From assembly GCF_009914755.1 (NCBI RefSeq), contig NC_060925.1: 64,000 bases of DNA. One strand, given 5' to 3'. The notes beneath the pieces are model-generated. The model made no database searches and was not told the DNA's origin. It saw only the letters and a program-made list of their open reading frames with translations. Shown in pieces: positions 49,986 to 64,000 of this stretch. How positions within the stretch are numbered: the first letter of the stretch is position 1; every line of letters begins with the position of its first letter. This DNA is from the human T2T-CHM13v2.0 reference genome, Homo sapiens. Position numbers and translations under genes: made by a program.

Positions 49986-52900
49986 CCATGTTTCTCCTTT
50001 TTAAGGAAGGAGAAGGTGTGGAACAAGAGAAAGTTCCTAAGTCTGAAGGAAGTCCAACCCAGTTATGAAGGGAATGCCATCCACAAGCCTTTTTTATAAT
50101 TGGCCCCTGCCTCAGGTAAAGGGGTCTCCTTTAAGGAGCCAGTCTGGCTAAATTGGCAGATTCTGAACAAAGCCTGGCCCTGACAAGTCTTCAGAAAAAC
50201 CGGTTTTCACCTCCAGAATGTGCCCCAGGCAGCAAAATACAATAGCTCTCCTTGGCTGAGTGGTGTTTTTCTTAGGAGCTCACTCTAAAGGAGATTCCAG
50301 CTTTGCAGATGGATACCGATCACTTGAATGGCCAAGCCCTGCCCCCCAGCCAGTGACCTCTGAGGGGGATAGGTCTCTTCACCTTCCCCCAACCCTTCCC
50401 TGGTTTTTGACCCCTGAGGGTCCCAGATTGCCAGCAGGAACTAAAAGGAATAAACCTTTCTCCAAAATATTTTTCTGTGTCAAGTTAATACAGATTTAAA
50501 ACCTAGTTTCTGTCACCCCCACCCCTTCATTCCAAGACCCACAGGCAACAAAAGGATGAAGAAGCCAAGCCACAGGCATTTTTTAAAAACATGTTTACTC
50601 ATAAAAATTGCGTAGCAAATCCAACTGTGGGGTGCTGTTTGTCCAGCAAACTCCTAGTTAACCAGCAAACACCTCCCATTCAAGGTCTGAAACAAGCCCT
50701 GAGATCAGAACAAAAAGCACACGACAGACACGATGTGGCACTTTTATTTGCAGCTTGGTTTGAGCCCTATGACCTGGAATCTTTTTATAGGAGATAAGTG
50801 CTTGTGTATTTATGTGCCACCTGGCCCAGGTGGAGGCAGGAACCAAAATGGCCAACAATGGTGACCAGAGGGTAGACTGTCAAACACTAGCCAGGGCACA
50901 ATGCTGTGACTACAAAAGGTTCTACCTGATGTGCTGTTGGGTTCCCCCACACCCAAAGTCCCATGCAAATGCTATCTTCACAAGAGAGGCACAGGGCTTG
51001 GTATTTCTGGCACCAAGGTCTGAACTGCCCACTTCCTCCCACCAATGCAGCACAGATTGCTTATTCCCTCTTGCAGAAAAAGAAAGCCCCAAGCCTGGCC
51101 CAGAGCAGCTTGCCAGGGAAGCCAGTGTGTGCCCAGAGCTGGAGCAAGCTGCTCATCCATCTTCTGTGTCCAACCCCCACTCTTTTATGTCTCATGTCTT
51201 CATTGCAAAGCATGACTCGCCAAAAACACAACACAGAGAAAATGGTTTCATCAAAATTCCCTTGCAACAACAACAACAACAAAATAATATTACCCTGCTT
51301 TCATTATTCACAATCTTTTATTGAGGCAAAAGGCAAATATCATTGAGCCAAACCTGGATAGACAAATATATACAACCACTGGTAATTTAATATTTTGTGC
51401 TAATGGTATACACTGTAGATACAACCCAAGAGGAGTAAATTACAATCCTATCAATAATATATCGAATCCGGGCTCCAGTTTCCCAGTACACGAGAAAATG
51501 TGTATTGGCAAAGGCTCTCCAAATATTAAAAGCCATGCATATAATGAGGCAGTGGGTACAGAAGCTAGAAACTCCCACAGGACTGTGCTGTGGTCTTTGT
51601 TATCAAGGCCCTTCGGGAGGAAATAGCCCACATCAAAGCTCCAAAACCTGATGCTAAATGCAGACATCCCATTCACATTCTCAGCCGATCTCTAGGTGAA
51701 ACTTCAATCACAGAATAACCTATAATCAGGGCACCAGTTTGCAGACCGCTTGGAGCACTGCCCCAATTTGGACACCTCAGGTCTATGGTAGATGCCCAGG
51801 TTCTGCTGGGGTGACCTGTGGTGATGGACAAGGGACTCCAGAGAGTCCCAGTACAGCTGGCAATATCTGAGAGACCATGTGGCTTTGGAGCAGCCTCCCC
51901 AACTTGTATGTGATCCTCCAAAAGAAAAGTGGGAGGAAAAAAAGGCAAGTACTGATGACAGGCAAGGAGCCAACGAACTGCAAAGGGAGACAGATTTACT
52001 TTGAAATTTAAAATGCCCCACTTACTAAATTTTTGTCAGTGGATCCAAATTCCCTTACTCCCCACTGCAAGAGAAGCAAATGACAGTCTTACCTAAGAGC
52101 AGAGAGGAAATATTTCTACCACAGTAACACTAGTAATCTGGACAAATAAGGTTAATGTGGGCAAGAGGGCTAGTTAGTGCCACAGTCACATGCCGGTACT
52201 CCCTTGATTCAGGGGATATTTGAGGAAACTTACAAGGCAGAAGGGGCAGTCTCTTTCTTGTCTCTTTTTCACTCAGCCCCTGGAAGAAAAAGGAGAGGCC
52301 GAGGAGGGAAGGGAGGCTGTCAGGGTCTCTCAGGCAAAAGGAACAGGAGGCAGACAGCAGCCCCAACCTCAAGCTCAGAGATGAAAAGCCCTGGCCAGAC
52401 ACCAGTTCATTAGTGGAAATAAAAGCTTCCTAAATTGCAGGGAACTGGCTGGGCTTTCTGGAGAGACACCTACACATCAAAGAAAAATAATGTGAAAAAT
52501 TCTCTTTGTCTGGGGACAAGAAGCAGCATCTGGGAGTCTCGTCATAGCCTCCCTCCCTCCTCCCCACAATCTCTCCACCATCCGCCTTCAAATCCTGGGA
52601 ACCTTTTGGAGGGGTGAAGATGGCCATTTTTCCTGCTGCCTGTCAGATAGCAGGGACCGGTGGGACACCTGGTGGGCAGTGGGGGAAATACAGCCACATT
52701 GGACCTCAACGTCACTACCCAGGTCTAGAGAGACCTGTGTATTCTGAGATCATGGGAAAAAACAAGGAAGGCATCTTTCTAGGGGATGTGACATTGAAGT
52801 GGACTTTAAATGTAGTAGCAATTGACTTAAATTTCTGCTATTTTCAATTGTGTTTGGGAAGAGATGGGTGGCTCAGAATAAATATAAATAAATAGAATCC

Positions 52901-53154
52901 ATAGATAAACAAATACACACTATAATGTTTAATGCAATTCCCACATTATTTAAACTTTACTTAAAGTCGCATTGAAAATAGACACTATCCCAGTGGACTC
53001 ACCAAGCCAAACACCTGGAAGAAGTTCCCTGAAGATAATCCATAGACGAGAAACTCTCACCAAAGATAATGGAACATTGACTGCTCAAGGAGAATACTGA
53101 GGAATTTCTTATTTGCACCCAAGAGGTTGCCAAGAGCAGCCCAAAGCTTCTGAG

Positions 53155-53610
53155 TCAGCATGTGAAGTGGTTAAGAGGGGATCAAATTAGATCTGCTGCC
53201 AATTTGATATGGCTGTGGGACTTTGGGCCAGCCACTTAACCTCTCTAAGACCCAATTTCCTTATCTGTCAAATAGAAATAATGATAATAATAGCAAGTAC
53301 TTACTAAGAGCCAGACACTGCATGCTTTGTGTATATTAAATCATTTAATGTCTCCAGCCATTTTAAGGTATGACTGATATTTCTGTTTTATGGAGGAGAG
53401 AGGGTAAGGGACCAGCCCAAGATCACATAGCCTGCGAGTGGCAAAGCTAAGATCCAACCTGGGCTCCCTGACTCTGGAGTTCACACTTGGAGCTACTACT
53501 CTATCCGATCTCTTAATGATAGCATGAGAATTAGGTAAGATAATGCATGCAAACATGTTAGCAAGTGCCTAGGCCTAGTAAATTTCTTGCACTCAAAAAT
53601 ATTATTGATG
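53155..53610. mobile_element. MIR cluster (+ strand MIR split by a - strand MIR)
   Basis: ctttgggccagccacttaacctctctaagacccaatttccttatctg (+); cccaagatcacatagcctgcgagtggcaaagc (-); gataatgcatgcaaacatgttagcaagtgcct (+). Confidence 0.65.
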
Positions 53611-54015
53611 ATGGTAATCTCAGTATCAAGTAAAAGTATCTTCGAGAAGCTTGTCTAGTGCCCACTCAGCTGGAATAAGTAAGCATAGGCACACCTTTGG
53701 CTGCCAGAAATCCAGCATTAAACTTACTGTGCCATTTAGTCACACCTTCAGGCCAACCTTAACTTTTATCACAATTATCTCCTCCTCCCATCACCTTCCT
53801 TTTAGGAGAGTTTTCATTGCTTTGTTTACCTTTACATTTAGTATATGTATCATACTGTAGGAGCCTTGAGAGTTTTCTTTTTTAAAATTGTCATAAGATC
53901 AATGAGAAAGATACAACAATTTTTCCAGGGTAAGTGCCATTTCAAATTTTTACTTTATTTTTCTGAAGGCAGGTGAAAAGTACTGGTGAGAAAGAAGCTG
54001 GTGAAGAGCTAATAA

Positions 54016-54357
<342 letters not shown>

Positions 54358-55224
54358 AAAAAGAAAATTCTGAGCACATAAGAAAGTAGAAGAATCAATA
54401 GAAATCAAGCAAGAAATAGCAAACCAGTGATCAGGGAGGAGGATGCAATCATGTTGCTGTGGCGTGGGCACTGAGCTTAGCAATGGAGAAGCAGCTTCTT
54501 GATGAAGCCCCATCCTGTGGGTTCCATCAAAGAAATTTCCAAAGTTGAGGCAGCTCTGACACCAGGAGTGTCATCCCCAGACTGGAGGTCACTCCCCAAG
54601 ACCTTTCAGAGATGAGGCTGGGGACCGTTATGTCACCTGGACCCCTTGGACACCTGGCTTCATATTACCACTCCCTCCTTTAAGTATCCAGCTAATTTTA
54701 AAGTATGAAGTTCTTGGCTGGAGAACACTCACCTGGCAAAGTTGCCAACATGAGGGAGATCCTCACCTGAAAATAGACAAAAAGCAGGCCAAAGGAGAAA
54801 CTAAGACATTTTACGGAATGAGTTCCTTTTGTCTCATTACCTTACCCTGTGACCATCTGCCTTCTAAGAAGGAAGAAAGCCTTGAACAAAGAAAGTGTCC
54901 CTTTTAATAACAGAACCATATAAATTACATTTCATTACTATGCCATTATGGCACATTGCATTATAATCCAACTGTTAAAGGCCTCACCTCAGAAGCCCAC
55001 ATCATTCCACTTTGCCCTCCTGAACGCCTGGCTTTTAGCTGAGTCAATTTATCTACTGCAATTAGATCCAGGCTCCCTCCTTCCTGAGTCAAGTCCTTCC
55101 CAGCAATGGCAGCAACTTTCCTATGCCCCTCCACGGGGGCTCTATTTAACATTTCTTGCCACTCAGAGCTAATTTTGAAAGTTGCTATGGATTCATTAAT
55201 CAATGACGTTTTTTTTTTTTTTTA

Positions 55225-55372
55225 ACTTTAATATGCTTACAATTTACCTGAGAATCTTGTAAAAATGCAGATTCTGATTCAGCACATGTGGGATGGGGCC
55301 TTAGATTCAGCCCTTATCACCAGCTCCCAGGTGATGTTACTGTGATGCCTGGATCACACTGTGAATAGCAAA
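55225..55372. mobile_element. MER5A
   Basis: tcttgtaaaaatgcagattctgattcag...agctcccaggtgatg...ggatcacactgtgaatagcaa. Confidence 0.8.
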
Positions 55373-56479
55373 GGCTTAGGGGGCTCAAGGTTCAAAACCC
55401 GGTTCTCCTACACTATTCCTCTCAGTTTAGCAGGAGGCCCAGACTCATGTCTCATCTTGGTGTCTCTCCTTTTCCTTTGGCTTCTCTTTCAAGTCACTGG
55501 TGTCTTAGCCAATCTGGGGAGACGGGAGAGGCCCAGAGAAGGCCACAGGAGGGTATGCTTGGCTTGTCACAGCAGCAAAGGCTCTGACAAATGATGAAGA
55601 AGATGGGGCCTTTTCTGAATGTGGAAATGGCCGGGTGATCCCTATTCAGGAAACACCAGTGGTTTAGAATAGTAAAAGTGCCCTAACACCTAATATGTGA
55701 GGTAGGTTACTGAGAAATGAAACGTTTGTGACCCAGAAACTAAGATAAAGCAACTTCAAGTAGTTCGACAAGTGACAACCAACCTGGAGCAAGTAACCAT
55801 GAGTACACTTTCGCCGCCAGAAAATCCAGACCTAAACTTAGTGGGCAATTTTCAAGATTTAAGAAGAAAGGAGTTAAGTAATTTACCAAAAGTCAAGATT
55901 CTGGGCCAGGCCTTAAACTGACCCAATTTCTTCTGCCTCTTAGTCTAGTGTTGTTTCTAACAAGTCACTTTATTGCTGTGCTGAGAAGCTACTCCTCTCT
56001 CATTAACTTTACCATGTAGATTTATCATCACTCTAAAACTCAGTGCTTCCGTTCTTTTTTTTTTTTTTTTTTTTTTTTTGGGAATGGAATCTGTAGAGCT
56101 GAAAAAATTTAAAAATTAAATATTGAATATAAATATGTTTTTAAAGGATAGTTATAATGTTTAGCTACTTTTCTTTTCCAGTGTTTACTGGAGAAACAAA
56201 CTCCATCAATAAATGAACATGCCAAGCAGTGATGTCGGATCAGAAAGTCAGTGACTGGGTGGGAAGAACTTAAGCTGAAGCAGGATAGATCTAGGTTCAA
56301 ATCCAGTGTCTGTGGCCTTCAGCAAAACAGTAAATCTGTGCTTCAGTTTGTAAAATGTTACAAGGCAAAACAAAGTCCCTACCTTTCACCTTTCAAAGTC
56401 ATTTCACATACAAAAAGTACTTCATGAATGATAAATATGAAAATAATTATTTTTATGTATCTCAATTGTAGTAGGATAC

Positions 56480-57036
56480 TGAAGAGGATCAGAACATGCC
56501 ATCTCAAATATACCAACTTGGCAAGAGAATTATTTTGACTTGAAGGCAAGTGAGAAGAAGCAGACATAGGAAAAGTTATTTTTCTCTCCCCTTAACTGCC
56601 TAAGAACAACATAAATTTTTTCGTTTGTAAAGGTAACATAAATTTCCAGTTGTAAGTGTGCCTCCCTGTGTTGTACCAGAAAGATAACTGTTCTAGCGGC
56701 AACACTTATTACCTGAGATGACTTATCGGACCTCATTACACAACTCTTAATTACCATACATTTTTCTAAACATCTTCCCACAACTTACCCCCACCACAGG
56801 AGCCCAAACTCCTTTTCCCTTGTCTAACTTTTTCTCCACATTTTATCACCCTTTGTTAAGATAGTATATAAGTTCTGAATTCTAATCTCCTTCTTTCACA
56901 TTTCTTTATGAACTTCTGTGCATACCTACCCAATTAAGTGTTTTCTTCTTCTGTTAATCTGCTATTAATTAGTTTGACTTGTGGGCCCCAGCCAATGAAC
57001 CTAAAAGGGTAGAGGAAGGATTATTTTCCCCCTACT
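56480..57036 (+). mobile_element. MER34-family ERV1 solo LTR
   Basis: TGAAGAGGATCAGAACATGCCATCTCAAATAT...tattttgacttgaaggc...ccccagccaatgaacctaaaagggtagagg...ttccccctac. Confidence 0.75.
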
Positions 57037-57129
57037 AAACAGAGAAAAGAAAAGACAGGAGGACAAGGAGGGCTGAGGCAAGGCTATGAGGTCATAGCCA
57101 TAAGGAAATTACAAGACACAGAAGGACTA

Positions 57130-57534
<405 letters not shown>

Positions 57535-58749
57535 TTAAAACCAAAGGGCAGGAAAAAAAAAGTTATTTATGGGTCCAAATGGATTTTGAAGGTGTAGGTA
57601 GAAAGAAGATATGCTATGGCCAAAAGTCAAAATAATATAGTGTTTCAACAGACTAAAGACACACAGTGTAAGAGTTCAGAAAGTGCGTTTCCCAGAATCA
57701 AGGTCAGGTAATGAATCAGAAAGCGAGGCAAGTTGGTGGACAAGACAGGCACCCACTACCAGAAACGAGCAAGAGGAGGCTGAGAGTTGACCTTGCTAGA
57801 GGCAAGCATCTGGACCAGTCAGGAGTTCCTCAGTTCTTCCTATCAGGGTATGGGCAGCTCAAAGCTTGCAGATAAGGGGAGAGAAGTAACTGTTTTTGAA
57901 TGGATTCTAAGGAGAGTAATGGGGCAGCAACTGACAACAGATTCTGACACAGCATCATTAGTGTATTCCTGACCCACATTCAATTTGTCAAAAAATGCTT
58001 TTTAAAATTGAGTCTTTATTGAGAAGACATGCACCTAACTCTGATTTAAACAGGCAACATAGCTGCATGCAAAATAAGAGGTTAGATAGTATCTTTTTTA
58101 TACCATCACTCTGTATGTAGAAGCAAAGATCTTATTTTGCATTCATATTCTATGTTCTGGATAAACTGTCAGGTCTCTCTGCCAGATTTTTATGGATAAT
58201 TAGAAGGTTGCAAAAAGCAGATGTTATGAAACTATCTGTGACTACTCCTTAATGGTGGATGACAAGAACTCAGTACCATTTCTTAATTACACGAGACATA
58301 GTAAGAGGTGTAAAACAGAGGGAGAACTGTCAAAGCCTGACAAGATATCAAACAGTTAATCACCCACATTGAACCGGAACATTTTTCTACCATGTAATTC
58401 AGAACGCAGATCCCACCTTCCTATGGCTAAAAAAAAATTTAGCTATAAGTTGTGTGTGCTCCTGTGTTACTTCATTTCAGGTTTTAATAATTGATATAAG
58501 AGTACCTGCATGAAATAGGTGGCTTTTCTTTTGAAAACTAATCAAATAAGAAAATCTGCATCTTATGAAATACACAGACAATTTTGCTATGTCAGATCCT
58601 ATTTAGTAGCATGAAAGGAAGCTACAGGATTTTGGAAAACTTGTTCTTGTCTCATGAAGACAATGACCACAACTAATATTTTTTGAGGTCTTGCCCTGTG
58701 CCAGGGGATATATAAGCTCTTCACTATGCATTATCTCATGCAATCCTCA

Positions 58750-59153
<404 letters not shown>

Positions 59154-59412
59154 TCAATAGCTACTACTACTGGCAGTTATTAAATACTGGCAACATCTAC
59201 ACATTGTACTTTGCATACATCATCTCATTTAACAGGGCTGGTGCCATAATTATTTTTATTTTTATGTAACAGAAGAGGAAACTAAGGTATCAAGAGATTG
59301 AAAAATTGGCCCACATGATTTTAAGTGGCAGTGTCAGAGTTCCAAATCTAGTCTGTCTCTACACATAGTACATTTAACCCTTGGTCTATACTGCCTCTGT
59401 TTGCCTGGTGAC

Positions 59413-60088
59413 TATAATGGGCTGAATTCTCTTCCCCCAAAAATCATATGTTGATGTCCTACCTCGCATATGTTGATGTGACTGTGTTTGGAGATAGGTC
59501 CTTTAAAGAGGTAATTAAGTTTAAATTGGGTCATATGACTGGGTTCTAATCCACTGTGACTGGTGTCCTTATAAGAATAAAAGATTTGTGGCTCGTGCCT
59601 GTAATCCCAGCACTTTGGGATGCCAAGGCAGGCAGATCACTGGAGGTCAGGAGTTTGAGATCAGCCTGGCCAACATGGAGAAACCCCATCTCTACTAAAA
59701 ATACACAAATTAGCCGGGTGTGATGGTGTGTGCCTGTAATCCCAGTTACTCAGGAGGCTGAAGCAAGAGAATCGCTTGAGTCCAGGAGGCAGAGGTTGCA
59801 ATGAGCCGAGATCGTGCCACTGCCCTTCAGCCTGGGCAATAGAGCGAGACCCCATCACTAAAACAAAAGAGAAAGAAAAAGAAAAAAGATCAGGACTCAG
59901 ATACGCACAGAGGAACCCATGTGAAGACAGTCGTCTAAAGTCACAGAGAGAGGCCTCAGAGGTTATCAACCCTGACAATACCTTGATCTTAGACCTGTAG
60001 CTTCCAGGACTATGAGAAAATCGATTTCTGTTGTTTAAGTCACCCAGTCTGTGGCAATTTGTCATGGCAGCTCTAGCAAATGAACACA
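59413..60088 (+). mobile_element. MLT1A/B MaLR LTR interrupted by an Alu
   Basis: atgggctgaatt...tttggagataggtcctttaaagaggtaattaag...tttctgttgtttaagtcacccagtctgtgg...gcagctctagcaaatgaacaca. Confidence 0.85.
59588..59885 (+). mobile_element. Alu (AluS, slightly 5'-truncated)
   Basis: gtggctcgtgcctgtaatcccagc through an A-rich tail, inside the MLT1. Confidence 0.95.
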
Positions 60089-61669
60089 GTGGCCCTGTTT
60101 AAGTCCCCTAACTTCTGTATGTCTCAGTCCCTTGAGCTGGAAGACGTCTAGGGTCCTTCCCAAGTAAAGCACCCCATGCTTGCCATGCTTTAGTATCTTC
60201 ACCCTCCTGGACACCCAGCAGGGGCTTCTTTCCAGGGCTTCAGAACTGACAATTTTCCTCATGCTTCAGCCTCTTCTACTCTTCCCACCCATTGCTTCTG
60301 GTAATGTGGAAGGCTCACGTAAGAAACAGCAAGGGGCGTAGCCCCGGAGCAAACAGGAGGTGAGAGCCAGATGATGTAAGCTCAGTGGGAATCTCTGGGG
60401 CGGAGCTTCTCCACCTACTTCTAAAACACCTGCCCAACTATTCAACCATTATTTATAAATTTACTTATATGATACAATTATTTATAAATGTGCATTTGTC
60501 ATCATTTATAAATTACTCATGGTATACAAAGCACTATACTGAGTGCTGAGATACAATGCCAAAAACAAAACAGAAACAGGTCCCTACCCTCCTTGAGGAT
60601 ACAATAGAAGGGGGAAGAAAATATGAGTCAAATAATGGCACTATTTTTCAAAAATGCAATTTAAAACAAAAACAGATACTCTGACGGGAAGGCAGAGAGC
60701 CCTTTAGACTTTTTATGGAGACTTTTGTTCTTGAATCAGAAGTGAGGCAAAAGTGCAAGTACTCCAGGAAGAGACAGCATACTGACTTAAAGTCACACCA
60801 AGCTATAAATGACTAAATCAGTCCTTTTCCTAGAACTAAGCTTTCTGAGGAGAATAAAATAGCAGAGATAATGGAGTGCTGGAAGTGGGGAAAGAACATA
60901 GAAAAGAAATGGTGAAGAACTGAAGATAAATGTCTGCTGTTTTGCAACTTTGCCTGGGGCCAACCCAGGCTCTGTTCTACACTCCTGTTACAGTGAGTCT
61001 ATTAGTGTTTACTCAGGTCCTACTGAGAAAAGAAGAGAAAAAGAGAGCACCATTCTCTATAGGAAGATAGAAAAATTACTAGTAAATGAAAAAGCACCTT
61101 CTCTGCAACGTCAGGAGCTTTCTCTTAAATTGAATAAGCAGGTACACACCCAAGAATAATTAGACAATGATGACAACTCTGTTCAGACTGCCTGTCCTTG
61201 TTTTCCCAGCAGTAAAATCCAAATGCATTTCATTCTGCAACAAACACGGATTGAGAGGCCACAATGAGTCAGGCACGGTGTTAGGTACCAGGGCTGGAAA
61301 GAGGAAAATTGCATGGTCATGTCCTCAGCATTTAGGAGTTCACTGTGGAGGAAGAAATTCAGACTCATAAACAGTCACTGCACTGTAATGCAACAAACAC
61401 AATGCCAGAGGGTACAGAACACCAGAGGATGGGGATGTGGGACCCACATTTTAAAGTTGGATCAGAATAGAAAAAGATCAATCAGGGAAGCTTACTTGGT
61501 GATGGTCTTTGAGCAAGACCTGAAACCAAAGGGTAAACTAGACCATAATTATAACATGGAAGGAAATTATTTGCTATTGACTGTTCTAGGCAGCAAGGAA
61601 TGTGGACTGCGGAGAGAAGGGCAACCCAATGATGGTAATAATAGTGGTGGAGTTTGCAAGATAGGTGTT

Positions 61670-62103
61670 TGCAGTAGTTTCTCAGCAAGCAGAATATGAG
61701 ACAGAGATGTCATTTAAAGATTTCTCATGATTCAAAACCTATAGAAAGAGAGGAAGAAAACAGGTTTGGGCAGGGGGAGAAGTTGAGATATGATGTGGAT
61801 CGAATGACAACTTCAGAAGATTCACAGAAACTTCTGGAGCTCAAGTGTCTCTTCAGAGTTATCCTGCATTGGGGGTGAATGGGCTGAGCTGTTATAACCC
61901 CATGATGATAAGTCATTGCATGTGGGTGGCCCCTGGAAGAAGGCATGACCTCAGCTGAGTCTGTTTTCTCAGGTTGAGACAATCCCCTCAGAAGTGCTGA
62001 CAACTGAGGGTCATCTGCCAGCAGCACCCACCACAGCAGCTGGGGTAATTAATTCTTCATTCCCAAAAGGGGATCTGAGCAACATATCACAGCACGCGGC
62101 ACA
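61670..62103 (-). mobile_element. LTR16-like ERVL LTR
   Basis: ggtttgggcagggggagaagttgag...ctggagctcaag...aaaaggggatctgagcaacatatcacagca, directly abutting ERVL internal sequence. Confidence 0.6.
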
Positions 62104-62681
62104 GTGCACCTCTTACACCATTTGGATCCACTTCTTCACCAAAGTCCTAGGAGCAGTTCCTCCAGCATTCTTGTAAACCCCTGGTTGGGGAGGGAACTTG
62201 GAAGATGAAGGTCAGTGGGATCGCCTACAGTCCCCACCATGGCAATTGGCTTTGGAGCTACAATTGACATTCTCACCATCCTCTGTTATCCATTATAGAT
62301 CCCCTTACTCTCAGCTAGTATCCCTGCTGCTTTTGCTATCCTATTGGTGGCATGAGCTAGACCCTAACAGGATCTGTACTCCTGGTTACCATGCCCTCCT
62401 CAGGCCAAGGTTGCTGCACATCCTTCTAAAATTGGTCAAGAGAGTCTCAAAAGATGCCCAAGTGGATCATCTGAGTATCAAACCTAATTCCCTCTGCTCC
62501 TAGCAGCCCTGCCTCTTCCTGCTGACCAGAGTAAATCACTCTAGCCAACTAGTGACTCCTCTTCTTGCCTGCTGGTTCCTAAGCACAATGAGTTTGAAGT
62601 GCCAAAGCAGTAATAGTTTATAATTCAGCCAGGTGCCTGCTGTGTCCCTTGGCAGCAGTATTTTTTCCTTTAGAAAATGGA

Positions 62682-62987
<306 letters not shown>

Positions 62988-63475
62988 TTATATACGCAGA
63001 GCCTTGAGTTCTGGGGATGAGAAGCCCATGTTCCCCAAGTGGCTCACTAAGAGTGGGGCTCTGGTTTCTACCATTTGGTTTCCATACTTATGAATCCTAC
63101 ATATTAGGTGCATAGCACTGTATAAAATTTTTTATTTAAGGTATATGCTGTTTCCTGAAAGATAGCACCACATCCCCTGAGATGGCACTACTGTGTGCCT
63201 TGAGTAGGTTATTGCATCACTCTATCAGGCCAGCATTTTTAGGTGGTGTAGTATGTGATATGATCAGCAGATTCCCCGTCAAGTGCTCACCAACTCAACT
63301 CTTTGGCAGTAAAGTATGTCCCATGTACTGATGCCATGTTATGTGAAATCCTGTGCCAATGGATTAGGTACTCTACAAGCCTCCAATAGTGATGCTGGCT
63401 GTGATCCTGTTGGCATGACAGGCAAATCCATATCTGGAATATGTGTATATTCATGTCAAAATAAAGTGCTGCCTC

Positions 63476-63938
63476 CTATTCACAACAGCAAAGACATGGA
63501 ATCAACCTAAATGCCCACCAATGATAGAACTAGATAAAGAAAATGTTGTACATATACACCATGGAATACTATGCAGTCATAAAAGGGACCAAGATCATGT
63601 CCTTTGCAGGGACATGGATGGAGTTGGAAGCCATTATCCTTGCTTGGCAGACTAACACAGGAACAGAAAACCAAACACTGCATGTTCTCACTTATAAGGG
63701 GGAGCTGAATGATGAGAACACAGGGACACATGGAGGGGAACAACACACACTGGGGTCTGTCAGAGGTGGGTGGGGAGGAAGAGAGCATCAGGAAGAATAG
63801 CTAATGAATGCTGGACTTAATACCTAAGTGATGGGATGATCTGTGCAGCAAGCCACCATGGCACACATTTACCTGTGTAACAAACCTGCACATCCTGCAC
63901 GCGTAACCCAGAACTTAAAAGTTGAAGGAAAAATAAAT
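63476..63938 (+). mobile_element. L1PA-type 3' end, 5'-truncated
   Basis: ORF2 C-terminal remnant (YIYTMEYYAVIK...MSFAGTWMELEAIIL) plus 3' UTR; 17-bp duplication AAATAAAGTGC(T/C)GCCTC at 63459-63475 and 63939-63955. Confidence 0.95.
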
Positions 63939-64000
63939 AAATAAAGTGCCGCCTCTTCCAAAGTAGAAGAGATCCAGTATAGTCAACTTGCCACCAAGTG

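Noticed and set aside
50812-51324. 170-aa ORF with a poly-Q run
   Set aside because: The Q run is a (CAA)n microsatellite; no recognisable homology, and it lies past the poly(A) signals.

Overview
Primate (almost certainly human) genomic DNA containing the MIR205HG/miR-205 locus, which established knowledge places on chr1q32.2. The anchor is an exact match, by recall, to the hsa-mir-205 stem-loop at 48941-49050 (+), with miR-205-5p at 48974-48995 and miR-205-3p at 49011-49031. Its lncRNA host gene MIR205HG (LEADR) can be rebuilt from sequence signals. A CCAAT/TATA-like core promoter lies at about 45550-45630. Exons fall at about 45628-45895, 45988-46215 and 48551-48633, with alternative last exons starting at 49012 (acceptor inside the miRNA loop) or 49469. 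The rest of the window has no credible protein-coding gene: it is intergenic DNA rich in Alu, MIR, L1, L2, L3/CR1, LTR and DNA-transposon fossils, with several candidate p63/AP-1/GRHL epithelial enhancers. The most interesting observations are: (1) the splice-versus-Drosha switch at the hairpin; (2) an intron carved out of an Alu; (3) two strong-Kozak small ORFs tied to the miRNA-destroying isoform, one a polyP-stop-polyQ repeat; (4) a candidate MER41A-initiated spliced transcript; (5) an ancient L1 insertion with an apparent 3' transduction. No wholly new biological system can be proven from the sequence alone. Repeat subfamily names are by-eye calls from memory of consensus sequences, not RepeatMasker output.
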